DNA from: Candidatus Brevefilum sp.
GTDB taxonomy: Bacteria; Chloroflexota; Anaerolineae; Anaerolineales; Anaerolineaceae
Direction of reading: 5' to 3'
Length of the DNA stretch: 64,000 bases
Assembly (NCBI GenBank): GCA_050953525.1
Contig: JBMNMW010000004.1
Coordinates: 1,539 to 65,538 of the forward strand
The position numbers were made by a program, and so were the translations under genes. Position 1 is the stretch's first letter; every line of letters starts with the position of its first letter. Below are positions 18,775-28,287 of the stretch, piece by piece. Under the pieces are notes generated by a model that searched no databases, was not told the origin of the DNA, and saw only the letters and a program-made list of their open reading frames with translations.

Positions 18775-19935
18775 ATGAAATCACGTCAATCATGGAAAAT
18801 TGGGATTATCGGCACAGGTTTTATTGGTAGTGGTTTGAAAAGAACGATTGACTCACTGCCAGATATGGATGTTTCAGCGATATTGACTCGGAGAGACTTG
18901 CAGGAATTCCCTGGTGAGTGCGTGTATACTCATTCCGTCCAGCAACTGATTGATAAAAGCGATCTGATCGTGGAGTGTAACGGGAATCCAATTTATGCAA
19001 CCGATGTCCTGTGCAGTGTTTTGGATGCTGGTCTTCCCGTGGTCACAAGTGATGCGGAGCTGCACGTCACGACAGGGAGCTACCTGGCATCCAAAGGCTT
19101 GATCACTGAGGCAGAAGGGGATCAGCCTGGCGCTTTGGCTGCTCTAAACAGAAGGCTTGTCGCAGTAGGTTTTAAGCCGCTTGTTTATGGTAATTTGAAG
19201 GGTTTTCTGAATCCCGATCCCACACAAGCGGAGATGAGGCACTGGTCAAAGGTTCAAGGAATATCGATTGAACAGGTCACAGAAGCTACAGATGGAACCA
19301 AAATTCAGATCGAACAGGTATTTGTTGCAAATGGACTGGGAGCAGTGATTCCAAAGCAAGGATTATATGGGTTGGAAAGCAAGGAAATAAATGAGGGCGC
19401 TCAGAAACTTGCGGCAATTGCAAAGCAAATTGGAAGTCCCATCAGCGACTATTTACTGTGCAGCCCAAAAGCAAAGGAACGATTCCCGGCAGGAGTTTTT
19501 ATTGTCGGAGAACATGAAAAAACTGAATCAGAAACCATGAATTATTTGAAGTTGGGGGAGGGGCCTTTTTACACACTGCTTCAAAATTTCCATTTTATTT
19601 ATTTGGATATACCATTGACCATCCGGGAGGTTCTTGATGGGAGGGGAGTTTTACTCAACAATGGCGCTCATCCAACTGCAAGCGTCGCGGCGGTCGCAAA
19701 ATGTGAACTGCCCTCCGGATCACCTATCACGCGCGAGGATCGACATTTTAAAGTCCGGGGAGAAGCGGTGCGTATCAAGGAAGCGCCCGGGCATGTTCCG
19801 ATAGGATTGCTTTATAACACAATTCTCAAACGCAAGGTTGAGCGGGGGCAGATGCTGCATTTTGACGATATCGAAATGGACTCATCGAAAGCGCTGGATG
19901 CCTGGTTGTTTACCCAATCACAGGCTGGATACTGA
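18775..19935 (+). CDS. NAD(P)-binding homoserine-dehydrogenase-like oxidoreductase with C-terminal SAF domain (COG4091-like)
   Basis: IGIIGTGFIG, ELHVTTG..L, EGDQPG, DGTK.QIEQ..VANG, GHVPIGLL, VERGQML.FDD. GAGGTG RBS before the ATG at 18775. Confidence 0.75.
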   Translation: MKSRQSWKIGIIGTGFIGSGLKRTIDSLPDMDVSAILTRRDLQEFPGECVYTHSVQQLIDKSDLIVECNGNPIYATDVLCSVLDAGLPVVTSDAELHVTTGSYLASKGLITEAEGDQPGALAALNRRLVAVGFKPLVYGNLKGFLNPDPTQAEMRHWSKVQGISIEQVTEATDGTKIQIEQVFVANGLGAVIPKQGLYGLESKEINEGAQKLAAIAKQIGSPISDYLLCSPKAKERFPAGVFIVGEHEKTESETMNYLKLGEGPFYTLLQNFHFIYLDIPLTIREVLDGRGVLLNNGAHPTASVAAVAKCELPSGSPITREDRHFKVRGEAVRIKEAPGHVPIGLLYNTILKRKVERGQMLHFDDIEMDSSKALDAWLFTQSQAGY

Positions 19936-19966
19936 TCTTATGGTCTTGGGTAGCCGTTGATGACCA

Positions 19967-20203
19967 TTAGTTTTCCAGTTTGCTTTCAATGCTTTTTCTC
20001 AGTTCTCCAACGTTGGAAAAATTCTGGATTTCGTTCTGTTGAAATTCGATATCAAATGCCAGCTCAATTGCAATCATCAGGTTGACATGAGAGAGTGAAT
20101 CCCATTCGTCGACATCATCCGCTGTCATTTCATCAAACAACTCGATGTCTTCATCGTCAAAAACCTCACGAAATACTTCTGTTAATTTTTCTGTTATAGC
20201 CAT
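19967..20203 (-). CDS. Acyl carrier protein
   Basis: 78 aa, acidic, phosphopantetheine site WDSLSHV. GGAG RBS lies inside the upstream gene's stop region. Confidence 0.92.
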   Translation of the reverse strand: MAITEKLTEVFREVFDDEDIELFDEMTADDVDEWDSLSHVNLMIAIELAFDIEFQQNEIQNFSNVGELRKSIESKLEN

Positions 20204-20206
20204 TAT

Positions 20207-21817
20207 TTACTCCATGGTGGATAGGTCGCCCGGGTCTGATCCTTCATATTGGGCACGTAAAACTCGGCGAAGGATTTTCCCGCTTTGATTTTTCGGAATA
20301 CGATCCGTGATAATAAATTCTGTCGGAGTGGCCGCAGTAGACACCTTGTTGGAAACATAGAGCCGGCATTTGAGTTCCAGGGCTTTGTCCCATACTTTAT
20401 TATCATGTAAAACAATAAAAGCGACGATCTTTTTATGCAAGAGGGTGTCATCCACGCCGATGACTGCTGTGTCGCCGATTTCCTCAATTTCAAGCAATGC
20501 GCTTTCAACCTCGAAGGGACCCACAAGGTGACCTGCGGTGTTGATCACATCGTCATAGCGGCTTACATACCAGAAATAGCCATCTTCGTCCATGAATGCC
20601 AAATCCCCGGTGAAGTAATAATCGCCATGAAATTTTTCTTCGTAAGCCTTTTTGTTAAAATAATATGTCCGGAACATCGAGTTCCAGCTCTTGCGCAGGG
20701 TTAAATAGCCCTGCGAACCTGCTGGCTGTTCTTGGTCATGATCATCAAGGATGAAAGGTTTAATCCCGGATCTTGGCTTTCCCATGGATCCAGGTTTAAC
20801 GTCCATACCCGGTCTGTTGGCAATCATGATACTGCCGGTTTCTGATTGCCACCAATTATCATATACTTCCGTCCCAAAGATTCTTTTACCCCAATGATAA
20901 ATCTCTGGATTTAAAGGCTCGCCAACGCTGTAAATACGTTTGAGGCTGTTTGAGCGCACAATGTCAAATTTATTCTCATCTTCCTGCATTAACATTCTTA
21001 ATGCGGTTGGTGCAGTATACCAGACCGTGACACCTTTTTCTTTAAGGATCTTCATCCAATTATCTGCATTGTACGAACCACCAAACTGGATGCTGGTTGC
21101 ATTCGTGCTCAATGGGGCAATGATGCCGTAAGAAAGACCGGTGATCCAGGCAGGGTCCGCTGTACACCAATACAGGTCATCAGGCTCAAGCACCATCACT
21201 TCTTTGAAGGATTGAACGATATCCAGGATAGCGGCATGAACGTGCAGTGCGCCTTTGGGTTTGCCGGTTGAACCCGATGTGTATTGTAAAAAGGCAGGTG
21301 TTTCTGCGTCCACCCGGTGATCATACTCAAAATTCCTGTCTGCCTGATGGGTTAACTTGATCAGACTCACCACAAATTCACTTGTGTGTTCTTCCTGATC
21401 GACTGTTAAAATTGCCTGTAAATGCGGCAATTGCTCTTTAATCGCCAATAATTTTCTGACCAGGCTCTTTTTTGTAATCACTATTTTTGCGTGACTATCT
21501 CCCAATCGATCGATAAGCGCTTCTGCACCCAGAGATGAAAACAAGATGCATGAAATTGCCTGGAGCTTCAATATGCCAAAAAAACTGGTGAACAAAATTG
21601 GACTGCGGGGCAGAAAAATGCTGACAACATCTTTTGCTTTAATGCCAAGATTTTTCAAGACATTTGCAATCTGATTTGATTCGGTTTCCAAATACTCGTA
21701 TGAATATTCAATTTCAGTCAGATCGTTTTGAATCCAGCGGATGACATTTTTATCGCAGCTCTCATTTTGGCAGTGTTTGGTAACTGCTTCAAATGCTATA
21801 TGATTTACTAACGTCAT
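20207..21817 (-). CDS. Acetate-CoA-ligase-like adenylating enzyme (AcsA short form)
   Basis: YTSGSTGKPKG, WCTADPAWITG, SVGEPLNPE, DNWWQSETG, TGD, PKNQSGKILRR. Confidence 0.85.
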   Translation of the reverse strand: MTLVNHIAFEAVTKHCQNESCDKNVIRWIQNDLTEIEYSYEYLETESNQIANVLKNLGIKAKDVVSIFLPRSPILFTSFFGILKLQAISCILFSSLGAEALIDRLGDSHAKIVITKKSLVRKLLAIKEQLPHLQAILTVDQEEHTSEFVVSLIKLTHQADRNFEYDHRVDAETPAFLQYTSGSTGKPKGALHVHAAILDIVQSFKEVMVLEPDDLYWCTADPAWITGLSYGIIAPLSTNATSIQFGGSYNADNWMKILKEKGVTVWYTAPTALRMLMQEDENKFDIVRSNSLKRIYSVGEPLNPEIYHWGKRIFGTEVYDNWWQSETGSIMIANRPGMDVKPGSMGKPRSGIKPFILDDHDQEQPAGSQGYLTLRKSWNSMFRTYYFNKKAYEEKFHGDYYFTGDLAFMDEDGYFWYVSRYDDVINTAGHLVGPFEVESALLEIEEIGDTAVIGVDDTLLHKKIVAFIVLHDNKVWDKALELKCRLYVSNKVSTAATPTEFIITDRIPKNQSGKILRRVLRAQYEGSDPGDLSTME

Positions 21818-21820
21818 TTT

Positions 21821-23098
21821 TTATTCTCCAATTTTCCAATAAGCGATATCATGAAATGCGACGACATTGTCTCCAACAATCAGGATATCATCAACTTTGT
21901 GGTTTGCAAGGAAATCTGATAAAGAAAAATTTCGAAAATACCTGAGGTCGATGCAATAAGTTTTGTGATAATGGGAAGCCAAAAGAGGATCCAAAGCATT
22001 CCGGAAAGAAGAACCAATAATTAACAGGTTTCGATCTGAGTCGTTTTCATAAGTGTATTCGATGAGGTCCGTTACATTTCCATAAAACGCATTAAAGTGA
22101 TTGGTGTACGGGATTGTGGCATATTCACCATCGAAATAGGCTTTCCTTGGATCGTTTTTCACAATCTGATCGCTCCACAGCATATCGTGAGGTGGAAAAT
22201 CAACAAGTTCGACTTTGAATACGTCCCCTTTGACGGGGTAAAAGGTTTTTCTTGCCATATACCCTAAAAAATTGATATCAGGAAACTCAATTATTTTTTG
22301 ATAATTTAGTTTCTCGGTGATGTCGGGATAATTTTCTGCAAGCATCTCATAAATCTCATCGTATGCTCGAAAGATACCATTCACATTCCAGTGATGATCG
22401 ACGCGATAATAATAATCTAAATGATCCTGCATGCCTGAAAGCATGAACTTTTTCAAAACCAAACCCTCCGGCAGATTGTCTTCAAAATACCTGATGCCCT
22501 GTCCATTGTCAGCGTCCGGAAAGAAGGGCGCCATGGGATGGTACTGAGAGTTGTGGAGGGTTTGGTGGTAATAAAGATAGAAATTTTGTTCAGGATGCGC
22601 CTGAATGAGGGCATTATAGTTATCAATTCGTTCGTCGATTATTTCTTGTGCTGAATCGTTGAATCGCGTCACCGGTTGGAGTAGTTGATTGTTTTCTGAG
22701 TCAAAATAAATACCAGTCACCATATCTGCAGGAAAAACCGGATCAGAAACAAAAGCATAGGGCAGGCTGATTATTTTTCGTTCAAGAGCTTTTGAAAATT
22801 CAATAATGGGCATGCGAAGAGGAAATTGATCACTTGCAGCGGTCTCAAATTTGCTCACAAAAGATGCATTGACATAAAGATCAATTAATCCTCTCACCCC
22901 TTCCCAAAGCGCACCTTTTTGTATGAGTTCAATCGATCGCTTCAGATTTGGGGCGCCAGTTGGACCCAACGCCACCAGTTGTCTGGCTTCGACCACAGAT
23001 GTTTCAGAGGAGGTTTTACCTTTTAGAAGCCAGTAACCAGGGACGGCTAACAATATGAGAAAAAAAAGGGTCAATAAATATTTTTGTAATTTACTCAA
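21821..23098 (-). CDS. DHHW-family (AlgJ/AlgX/DltD-like) membrane-anchored O-acyltransferase
   Basis: N-terminal TM, YYRVDHHWN (D-x-H) and IIGSSF (G-x-S). TTG start. Confidence 0.82.
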   Translation of the reverse strand: MSKLQKYLLTLFFLILLAVPGYWLLKGKTSSETSVVEARQLVALGPTGAPNLKRSIELIQKGALWEGVRGLIDLYVNASFVSKFETAASDQFPLRMPIIEFSKALERKIISLPYAFVSDPVFPADMVTGIYFDSENNQLLQPVTRFNDSAQEIIDERIDNYNALIQAHPEQNFYLYYHQTLHNSQYHPMAPFFPDADNGQGIRYFEDNLPEGLVLKKFMLSGMQDHLDYYYRVDHHWNVNGIFRAYDEIYEMLAENYPDITEKLNYQKIIEFPDINFLGYMARKTFYPVKGDVFKVELVDFPPHDMLWSDQIVKNDPRKAYFDGEYATIPYTNHFNAFYGNVTDLIEYTYENDSDRNLLIIGSSFRNALDPLLASHYHKTYCIDLRYFRNFSLSDFLANHKVDDILIVGDNVVAFHDIAYWKIGE

Positions 23099-23197
23099 GA
23101 AAAATAACCTTTGATTAGTAAAGAGATTGGTTAATTTCCATCATCTTTTACTTTCGATGGGTGCAAAAAACTCAAAACCGAATCGCCTCCAATATGG

Positions 23198-24475
23198 TCA
23201 GGGCTTGATCATCCACAGCTCTGCATCCAGATAAACAATGTCCGCGTCACCAACAATCAGAATGTCTTCAATTTGATATTCATCCAAAAAGTTTGATAAG
23301 GCGAAATCTGGTACCTGCCTGAGATCGACAAAGTATGTGTGTTGATACTGGGTGGCGATCAATGCGACAAGCGGTCTGGCGTAAGAATTTCCTATGATGA
23401 GGATGTTCCTGTCCGCGCCTGTCTGACATTCATACTCTAACAGGGCATTTTGAGTGCCGAAATAGTTCCCATAGTGGCTGGTATAGGGAAGTGTTGAATA
23501 ATTGCCAGCCAGGTAATCATCGCGATCATCATATTTTCCTTCAACGCCACCATCTTTGACGACACATTCTGGGAATTCAGCTTCAAATCCGATGAATTGA
23601 TCTCCAGGGATGGGATACAGCGTTTGGCGCCCGAGCGTGCCGATGAATTCAATCCCCGGGAAGGTAACCATCAATTCAGGCTCAAGTTTTTCTGGCATAC
23701 CAGGATAGTTTTCAGATAGCATTTCATAGATATCGCGATAACCAGTTAATATACCGTCCGTGTTCCAGTGGTGATCCGTTCGATAAAAATAGGTGAGATG
23801 GTCATTGAAACTTTCTAATGTTAGTTTACCCAATTTGATTTTCTTGGGTAAGTGGCCCTGAAGGTATTCAAAAGTTTTTCCCTGATCCGCATTTGCAAAA
23901 ATAGCATTCAACGGATTGGTTTGAGAAAACGCCACGGTCTCAATATAATAGATATAAAACGATTTATCCGGGTATTTAGAAATAAGTTCATGGTAATTTG
24001 CAAGGCGCTGGTCAATGGTTAAAAAATCGTTTTCACTCAAAGTGTGCGGCGGGTTTATCAGTGCGTTTTCTTTGAGGGCGATATAAAGATCTGATGTCAT
24101 GTCCGCAGGGATAAAATTATCCGGGGTGAAACCATAGACAGCGCCAATGATTCGGCGGTCCAACGATTTGGAAAAGTCAATTAAGGGCATTCGTAGAGGA
24201 AATTGATCGGTTGCGGCACCATCAACTTTCCTTTGTAAAGAACCCCCGGTGAACAGGTCCCAAACCAGGGATGCCGCCATTTTTATTTTGCCTTGTTGAA
24301 TAAAACTCATCGCAATTTTAAGGGTGGGATAGTTTTTTTCGGGCAAACCCAGCACCCGACCTTCAACGAGGGACATCTGTGGAGATGGCTTTCCCCTAAA
24401 TGCCCAGAATGCGGGAACTGAGAGAAGGATGAGGAAGAAAAATATTAACACAAACGATTGGAATTTTTTCAACAT
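23198..24475 (-). CDS. DHHW-family (AlgJ/AlgX/DltD-like) O-acyltransferase, paralog 2
   Basis: N-terminal TM, FYRTDHHWN, IIGNSY. Shares DQFPLRMP and FPADM segments with its neighbour; TGATG-coupled to the MBOAT. Confidence 0.82.
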   Translation of the reverse strand: MLKKFQSFVLIFFFLILLSVPAFWAFRGKPSPQMSLVEGRVLGLPEKNYPTLKIAMSFIQQGKIKMAASLVWDLFTGGSLQRKVDGAATDQFPLRMPLIDFSKSLDRRIIGAVYGFTPDNFIPADMTSDLYIALKENALINPPHTLSENDFLTIDQRLANYHELISKYPDKSFYIYYIETVAFSQTNPLNAIFANADQGKTFEYLQGHLPKKIKLGKLTLESFNDHLTYFYRTDHHWNTDGILTGYRDIYEMLSENYPGMPEKLEPELMVTFPGIEFIGTLGRQTLYPIPGDQFIGFEAEFPECVVKDGGVEGKYDDRDDYLAGNYSTLPYTSHYGNYFGTQNALLEYECQTGADRNILIIGNSYARPLVALIATQYQHTYFVDLRQVPDFALSNFLDEYQIEDILIVGDADIVYLDAELWMIKP

Positions 24476-25893
24476 CAGAATTCAGCGTACATAAAGGCGG
24501 TGAAACCTTTGGAGACAATAAAGGTCAGGGTGAAAATGAACAATGCGATATAAGCAACATCTAATATGACCAGTGAAATCCCCCCCTTTTTCTTTGCTTT
24601 TTCCGCAAGGTTGTGCATCAGGGGCAGGCTGAACAATACTGCTGGGATGATGAAAGGTATGTAAAAAAGGATATTGAGGGATCTAAAAGTGACAGAATTG
24701 CTCCAGCCATTCATGCCAAACAAAGCGCCTAAGAAGGGTCCCCAGGAGCGGATGTCGGTAATCCTGAAGAACACCCAACCGATGATGATTAATACCAAAG
24801 AATAGATATGCTGGATGATCGGGTTGATTTTCTTTAACTTTTTCCCAAAGCCGGAGGCTTCAATTGCAAGGATAAAGCCATAATATGCCCCCCAAATCAC
24901 ATAGTTCCAGCTAGTGCCATGCCAGAGTCCCGTTAAAAGGAAAACGATCAGGAGGTTGGATTGCTGCCGAAGAAACCTCTCTTTCTTTCGAGCAAATTCA
25001 AGAGGAATGAACAGATAGGTGCGAAACCATGCCCCCAACGTGATATGCCAACGGCGCCAAAAATCCGAGATACTCCGACTGATGTAGGGAAAATTGAAAT
25101 TTTCAGGCAGATTGAACCCTAGCATTTGACCAACACCAATCGCCATATCGGTATAGCCTGAGAAATCCAAATAAAGCTGCAAGGTGTAGGCGATAATGCC
25201 AAACCAGGCTACACCGGCACCCATTTCACGATAATTTGCAGAAAAAACCTGGCTTGTCGCCAAATGCAAGCTGTCCGCTAAGATAACTTTTTTTGCCAGA
25301 CCCCCAATAAACCTTCTGGCGCCTTGCATAATATCCAGAGGGATGAATTTTCTGGTGATTAAGTCGTCCTTGACCTGGGTAAACCGGGTGATTGGACCTT
25401 GCAGTAACTTGGGAAACATGATCAGATAAGCGCTAAAATTGATCAGGTTGTTCTCAGCATCGTTGACCTGATTATAAATATCGAGAATGTAGGAGATGCC
25501 GGAAAAAGTGAAGAAAGAAATACCTAACGGGAGTGCAGGTTCCGAATAATTGATTGAGATAGAAAAAATAGCTTCGATGATATCAAAGAAAAAGCCTGTA
25601 TATTTATAAAACCCTAAAAGTAATAAATTCAGGATCACCCCGGTCCACATGAGCGATTTTGCTGATTTTTCTTCCTTTGTGCTGTAAACCTTTCCTATTT
25701 TTCGACCGATAAAGTAATTCAGAAGGATCGAAAGAAGCAATACATGGATGTGAGTAGGGTCTGACCAGGCAAAAAATGCAAAAGATAAAATGACGAGCAA
25801 GGCGTTTTGCCAGGCTCTTTTTGGAAGGACATAAAAAAGTATCAGGGTAATTGGAAGGAATAAAAATATGAAGGTGATGCTTGAAAATGGCAT
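24475..25893 (-). CDS. MBOAT O-acyltransferase, AlgI/DltB family
   Basis: LPLGISFFTF, FPKLLQGPI.R, YLDFSGYTDMA, ENFNFPY, FWRRWHITL, catalytic His in TGLWHG, C-terminal FMYAEF. Confidence 0.93.
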   Translation of the reverse strand: MPFSSITFIFLFLPITLILFYVLPKRAWQNALLVILSFAFFAWSDPTHIHVLLLSILLNYFIGRKIGKVYSTKEEKSAKSLMWTGVILNLLLLGFYKYTGFFFDIIEAIFSISINYSEPALPLGISFFTFSGISYILDIYNQVNDAENNLINFSAYLIMFPKLLQGPITRFTQVKDDLITRKFIPLDIMQGARRFIGGLAKKVILADSLHLATSQVFSANYREMGAGVAWFGIIAYTLQLYLDFSGYTDMAIGVGQMLGFNLPENFNFPYISRSISDFWRRWHITLGAWFRTYLFIPLEFARKKERFLRQQSNLLIVFLLTGLWHGTSWNYVIWGAYYGFILAIEASGFGKKLKKINPIIQHIYSLVLIIIGWVFFRITDIRSWGPFLGALFGMNGWSNSVTFRSLNILFYIPFIIPAVLFSLPLMHNLAEKAKKKGGISLVILDVAYIALFIFTLTFIVSKGFTAFMYAEF

Positions 25894-26037
25894 TTATCCT
25901 CTTTCTGAACAAAAATCCCTTTTCTGGTTTACAGCAAGTTGATATTATACCCAAAACGACGCGAATTGGTCACTTCGCCTGGTTTTGCGCTTCCAGAACT
26001 TCTTTTATTTAAAGGATTTAATTCGATTGAAGAGTAA

Positions 26038-28044
26038 TTAATATCCCAACCAGTTCAGAGCACTTTTGACGTAATTTCTCCACACACTTGGATAGTGGGT
26101 GCCATACCAGTTGTCGACAAATTTGACGTTCGCACCCTTGGTCTGCATTGGTTTACGGATCGCGTTGGCGCCACTCTGATAAGCCAGGGGCATTGTCAAT
26201 TGTGTACCATCACGCAAAAGCACAAAGGGATAAGGAGATCCTGGCCCCGAATCTTCCTGCCTTCCGATATAAAGATAAAATTTAACATTTTTTGGAATGG
26301 TAGAGCTGGTAAAGGATCCAATGTATTTCACGAATTGATTGGTTTCCAGCCAGTAAGGTAGATATGGAGGCAAAATTCCGCCGCCTTCTGCCAGCCAAAC
26401 GGCTGGTGACATTGCCATTATCTTCGAAAAAACATCCGGTCGTTTGAGCCCTGCATAAAGCGAAAACAAAGCAACTCGACTTCCACCTCCGATGCCGGTA
26501 TGTTCTCGACCAGGCAGGGTGCGGTAGTTGGAATCAATGATAGGCTTCAGATCATCAATAATGAAGCTCAATAGTTGGTTTCCTTTTCCATTTACGACGT
26601 CGGTTGTGTTGTTGAGCCAATTATCCATATTATAGTTGGTCCAGGGCATATACTCATCGTAGGGATGAAAGGAATCAAATTCAATTGCGACTGCTATAAT
26701 TCCCTTACCAGTTGTCTCGTAAATCGTATTGAGAGTTTCATCAAATTTCCAATCAAGAAGGTCTGAAATGTTGGCACCAGCTTCTGCACCGAAAACATGC
26801 TGTGCATCAAGAAGGTAAATAACCGGATAGGATTGCGTTGTTCTAAAGTAATCCGGCGGCAAATAGACCCAAATCCGTCTTGCCCTGTTGTGGAATGGAA
26901 TTGTAATATCAAAATGATCCAAACCCTTATTAAAAAATATTGGGAAGTAAGTTTCATAATCCAAGGACCGGGTCAATAAAGGCTGTGGCAGGTTCTGCGC
27001 CCAGGCGTCAAGGTTGAAATTCCCGTTATTAATAGCCTTTTCTGGTAAACCATTTGCTAACAATGCTTCTACCAATGCTCGGATGCCCTCAAGGTAGGCT
27101 TGCGGAAATGATATCTTGTTCCCACGACTATCATTGACGACAGGTCGGACATCTACTTCCATTGTTCGTCGCGCATCATCCACCTCAATCGCAAAGGACA
27201 CACCCTCGGGCAGACTCCGCTCATTGATCAGGTTAAGCAAATGATTATTGGACAGCCAGGTGCCTCCCCTTTCGGCAAACCAGATTGTGGGTGATAGCGC
27301 ACCGACCTTTGAATAGACATCAGGCCTCATCAAGCCGGCGTAAAGAGAGAAAAGCCCCCCCATCTCATAGCCGCCAATAGTCGTGTTTTCTCGACTCTGT
27401 AAGGTCCGATAGCGTTGATCGATCTCCGGCTTGAGTGTATCCACCATAAAATCAAGGTAAGCATCGGCGTCTCCGCCTGCACTGCGATTTGCCTCATAGG
27501 GATCCACCCACAGGTACATATGATTGTTCTCCCAGGGTCCGTACTCTTCCCAATGATGAATGGGGTCAGAGAACAACCCCACGATGATGGCATTTGATGC
27601 AGCTACGTCTGTAAAGAATGGGTACAGGCTCTCGTCTAAAAACCAGGACTCTCCATCAATCCTATTTTTTATGAAGAACTCTTCTGCCCCCTGAAGGTAG
27701 AAGACAGGATAAGCCTGTTGCGAGGTGAAATAATCAGGCGGAAGTAAGATGACCACAGATTTATCTCGCCCATCAAACTGGGGCATTTGGATCGAAAATA
27801 ATTCAATCTGATTGTTTTCAATCGGGTGCAGCTCATCACGCTGTGATGTGAGCATACTCAAACTGCTGCCTGTGTCAGACTCGTTTATGTATTGAAAGAG
27901 CTGATCAAACTCGGCTGATGGGTCGGCTGGATCATCCCCCGCCTGAACCGCATTTGGAACAAGCGAAAAACACAAAACAAACAATAGCAAACCAGTAAAA
28001 ATTTTTCTGAAATATTTATTTTCTTGATGAGGTATTAAACGCAT
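26038..28044 (-). CDS. Secreted tandem alpha/beta-hydrolase (two PF00756-type esterase domains)
   Basis: Signal peptide ending AVQA. Two copies of (V/W)..LPPDY.....YPV.Y...LKP.ID..YRT...RE.T.IGG....LFSLYAGL.RPDV.SK...SP. Confidence 0.8.
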   Translation of the reverse strand: MRLIPHQENKYFRKIFTGLLLFVLCFSLVPNAVQAGDDPADPSAEFDQLFQYINESDTGSSLSMLTSQRDELHPIENNQIELFSIQMPQFDGRDKSVVILLPPDYFTSQQAYPVFYLQGAEEFFIKNRIDGESWFLDESLYPFFTDVAASNAIIVGLFSDPIHHWEEYGPWENNHMYLWVDPYEANRSAGGDADAYLDFMVDTLKPEIDQRYRTLQSRENTTIGGYEMGGLFSLYAGLMRPDVYSKVGALSPTIWFAERGGTWLSNNHLLNLINERSLPEGVSFAIEVDDARRTMEVDVRPVVNDSRGNKISFPQAYLEGIRALVEALLANGLPEKAINNGNFNLDAWAQNLPQPLLTRSLDYETYFPIFFNKGLDHFDITIPFHNRARRIWVYLPPDYFRTTQSYPVIYLLDAQHVFGAEAGANISDLLDWKFDETLNTIYETTGKGIIAVAIEFDSFHPYDEYMPWTNYNMDNWLNNTTDVVNGKGNQLLSFIIDDLKPIIDSNYRTLPGREHTGIGGGSRVALFSLYAGLKRPDVFSKIMAMSPAVWLAEGGGILPPYLPYWLETNQFVKYIGSFTSSTIPKNVKFYLYIGRQEDSGPGSPYPFVLLRDGTQLTMPLAYQSGANAIRKPMQTKGANVKFVDNWYGTHYPSVWRNYVKSALNWLGY

Positions 28045-28287
28045 AAAATTCCCTCTGATTCAGGATCAGTATATTCGTTTTTTAGATCAATCATTTTACC
28101 ACAATGGGAAAGGGAAGCCCTGTTATTTAAGATTGTTTTATAAAGAATTAACACCATTGTCAGCCAGTGATCAATCGATAGCAAACATGGAAAATAAAAT
28201 TTTTAAAAATCCATGAAGAAAAGGCTTGGAAAAATGAACGCTATCTAACAAGACCGCCTTGCTTTTGTAAGGCGAATATTAATTGCA

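Noticed and set aside
23099-23197. Search for a DltX-like micro-ORF in the acylation operon
   Set aside because: None found. The motif is already on the MBOAT C-terminus.
27355-27361. G7 tract in the esterase gene as a phase-variation site
   Set aside because: Too short, in frame, and explained by Met-Gly-Gly codons.
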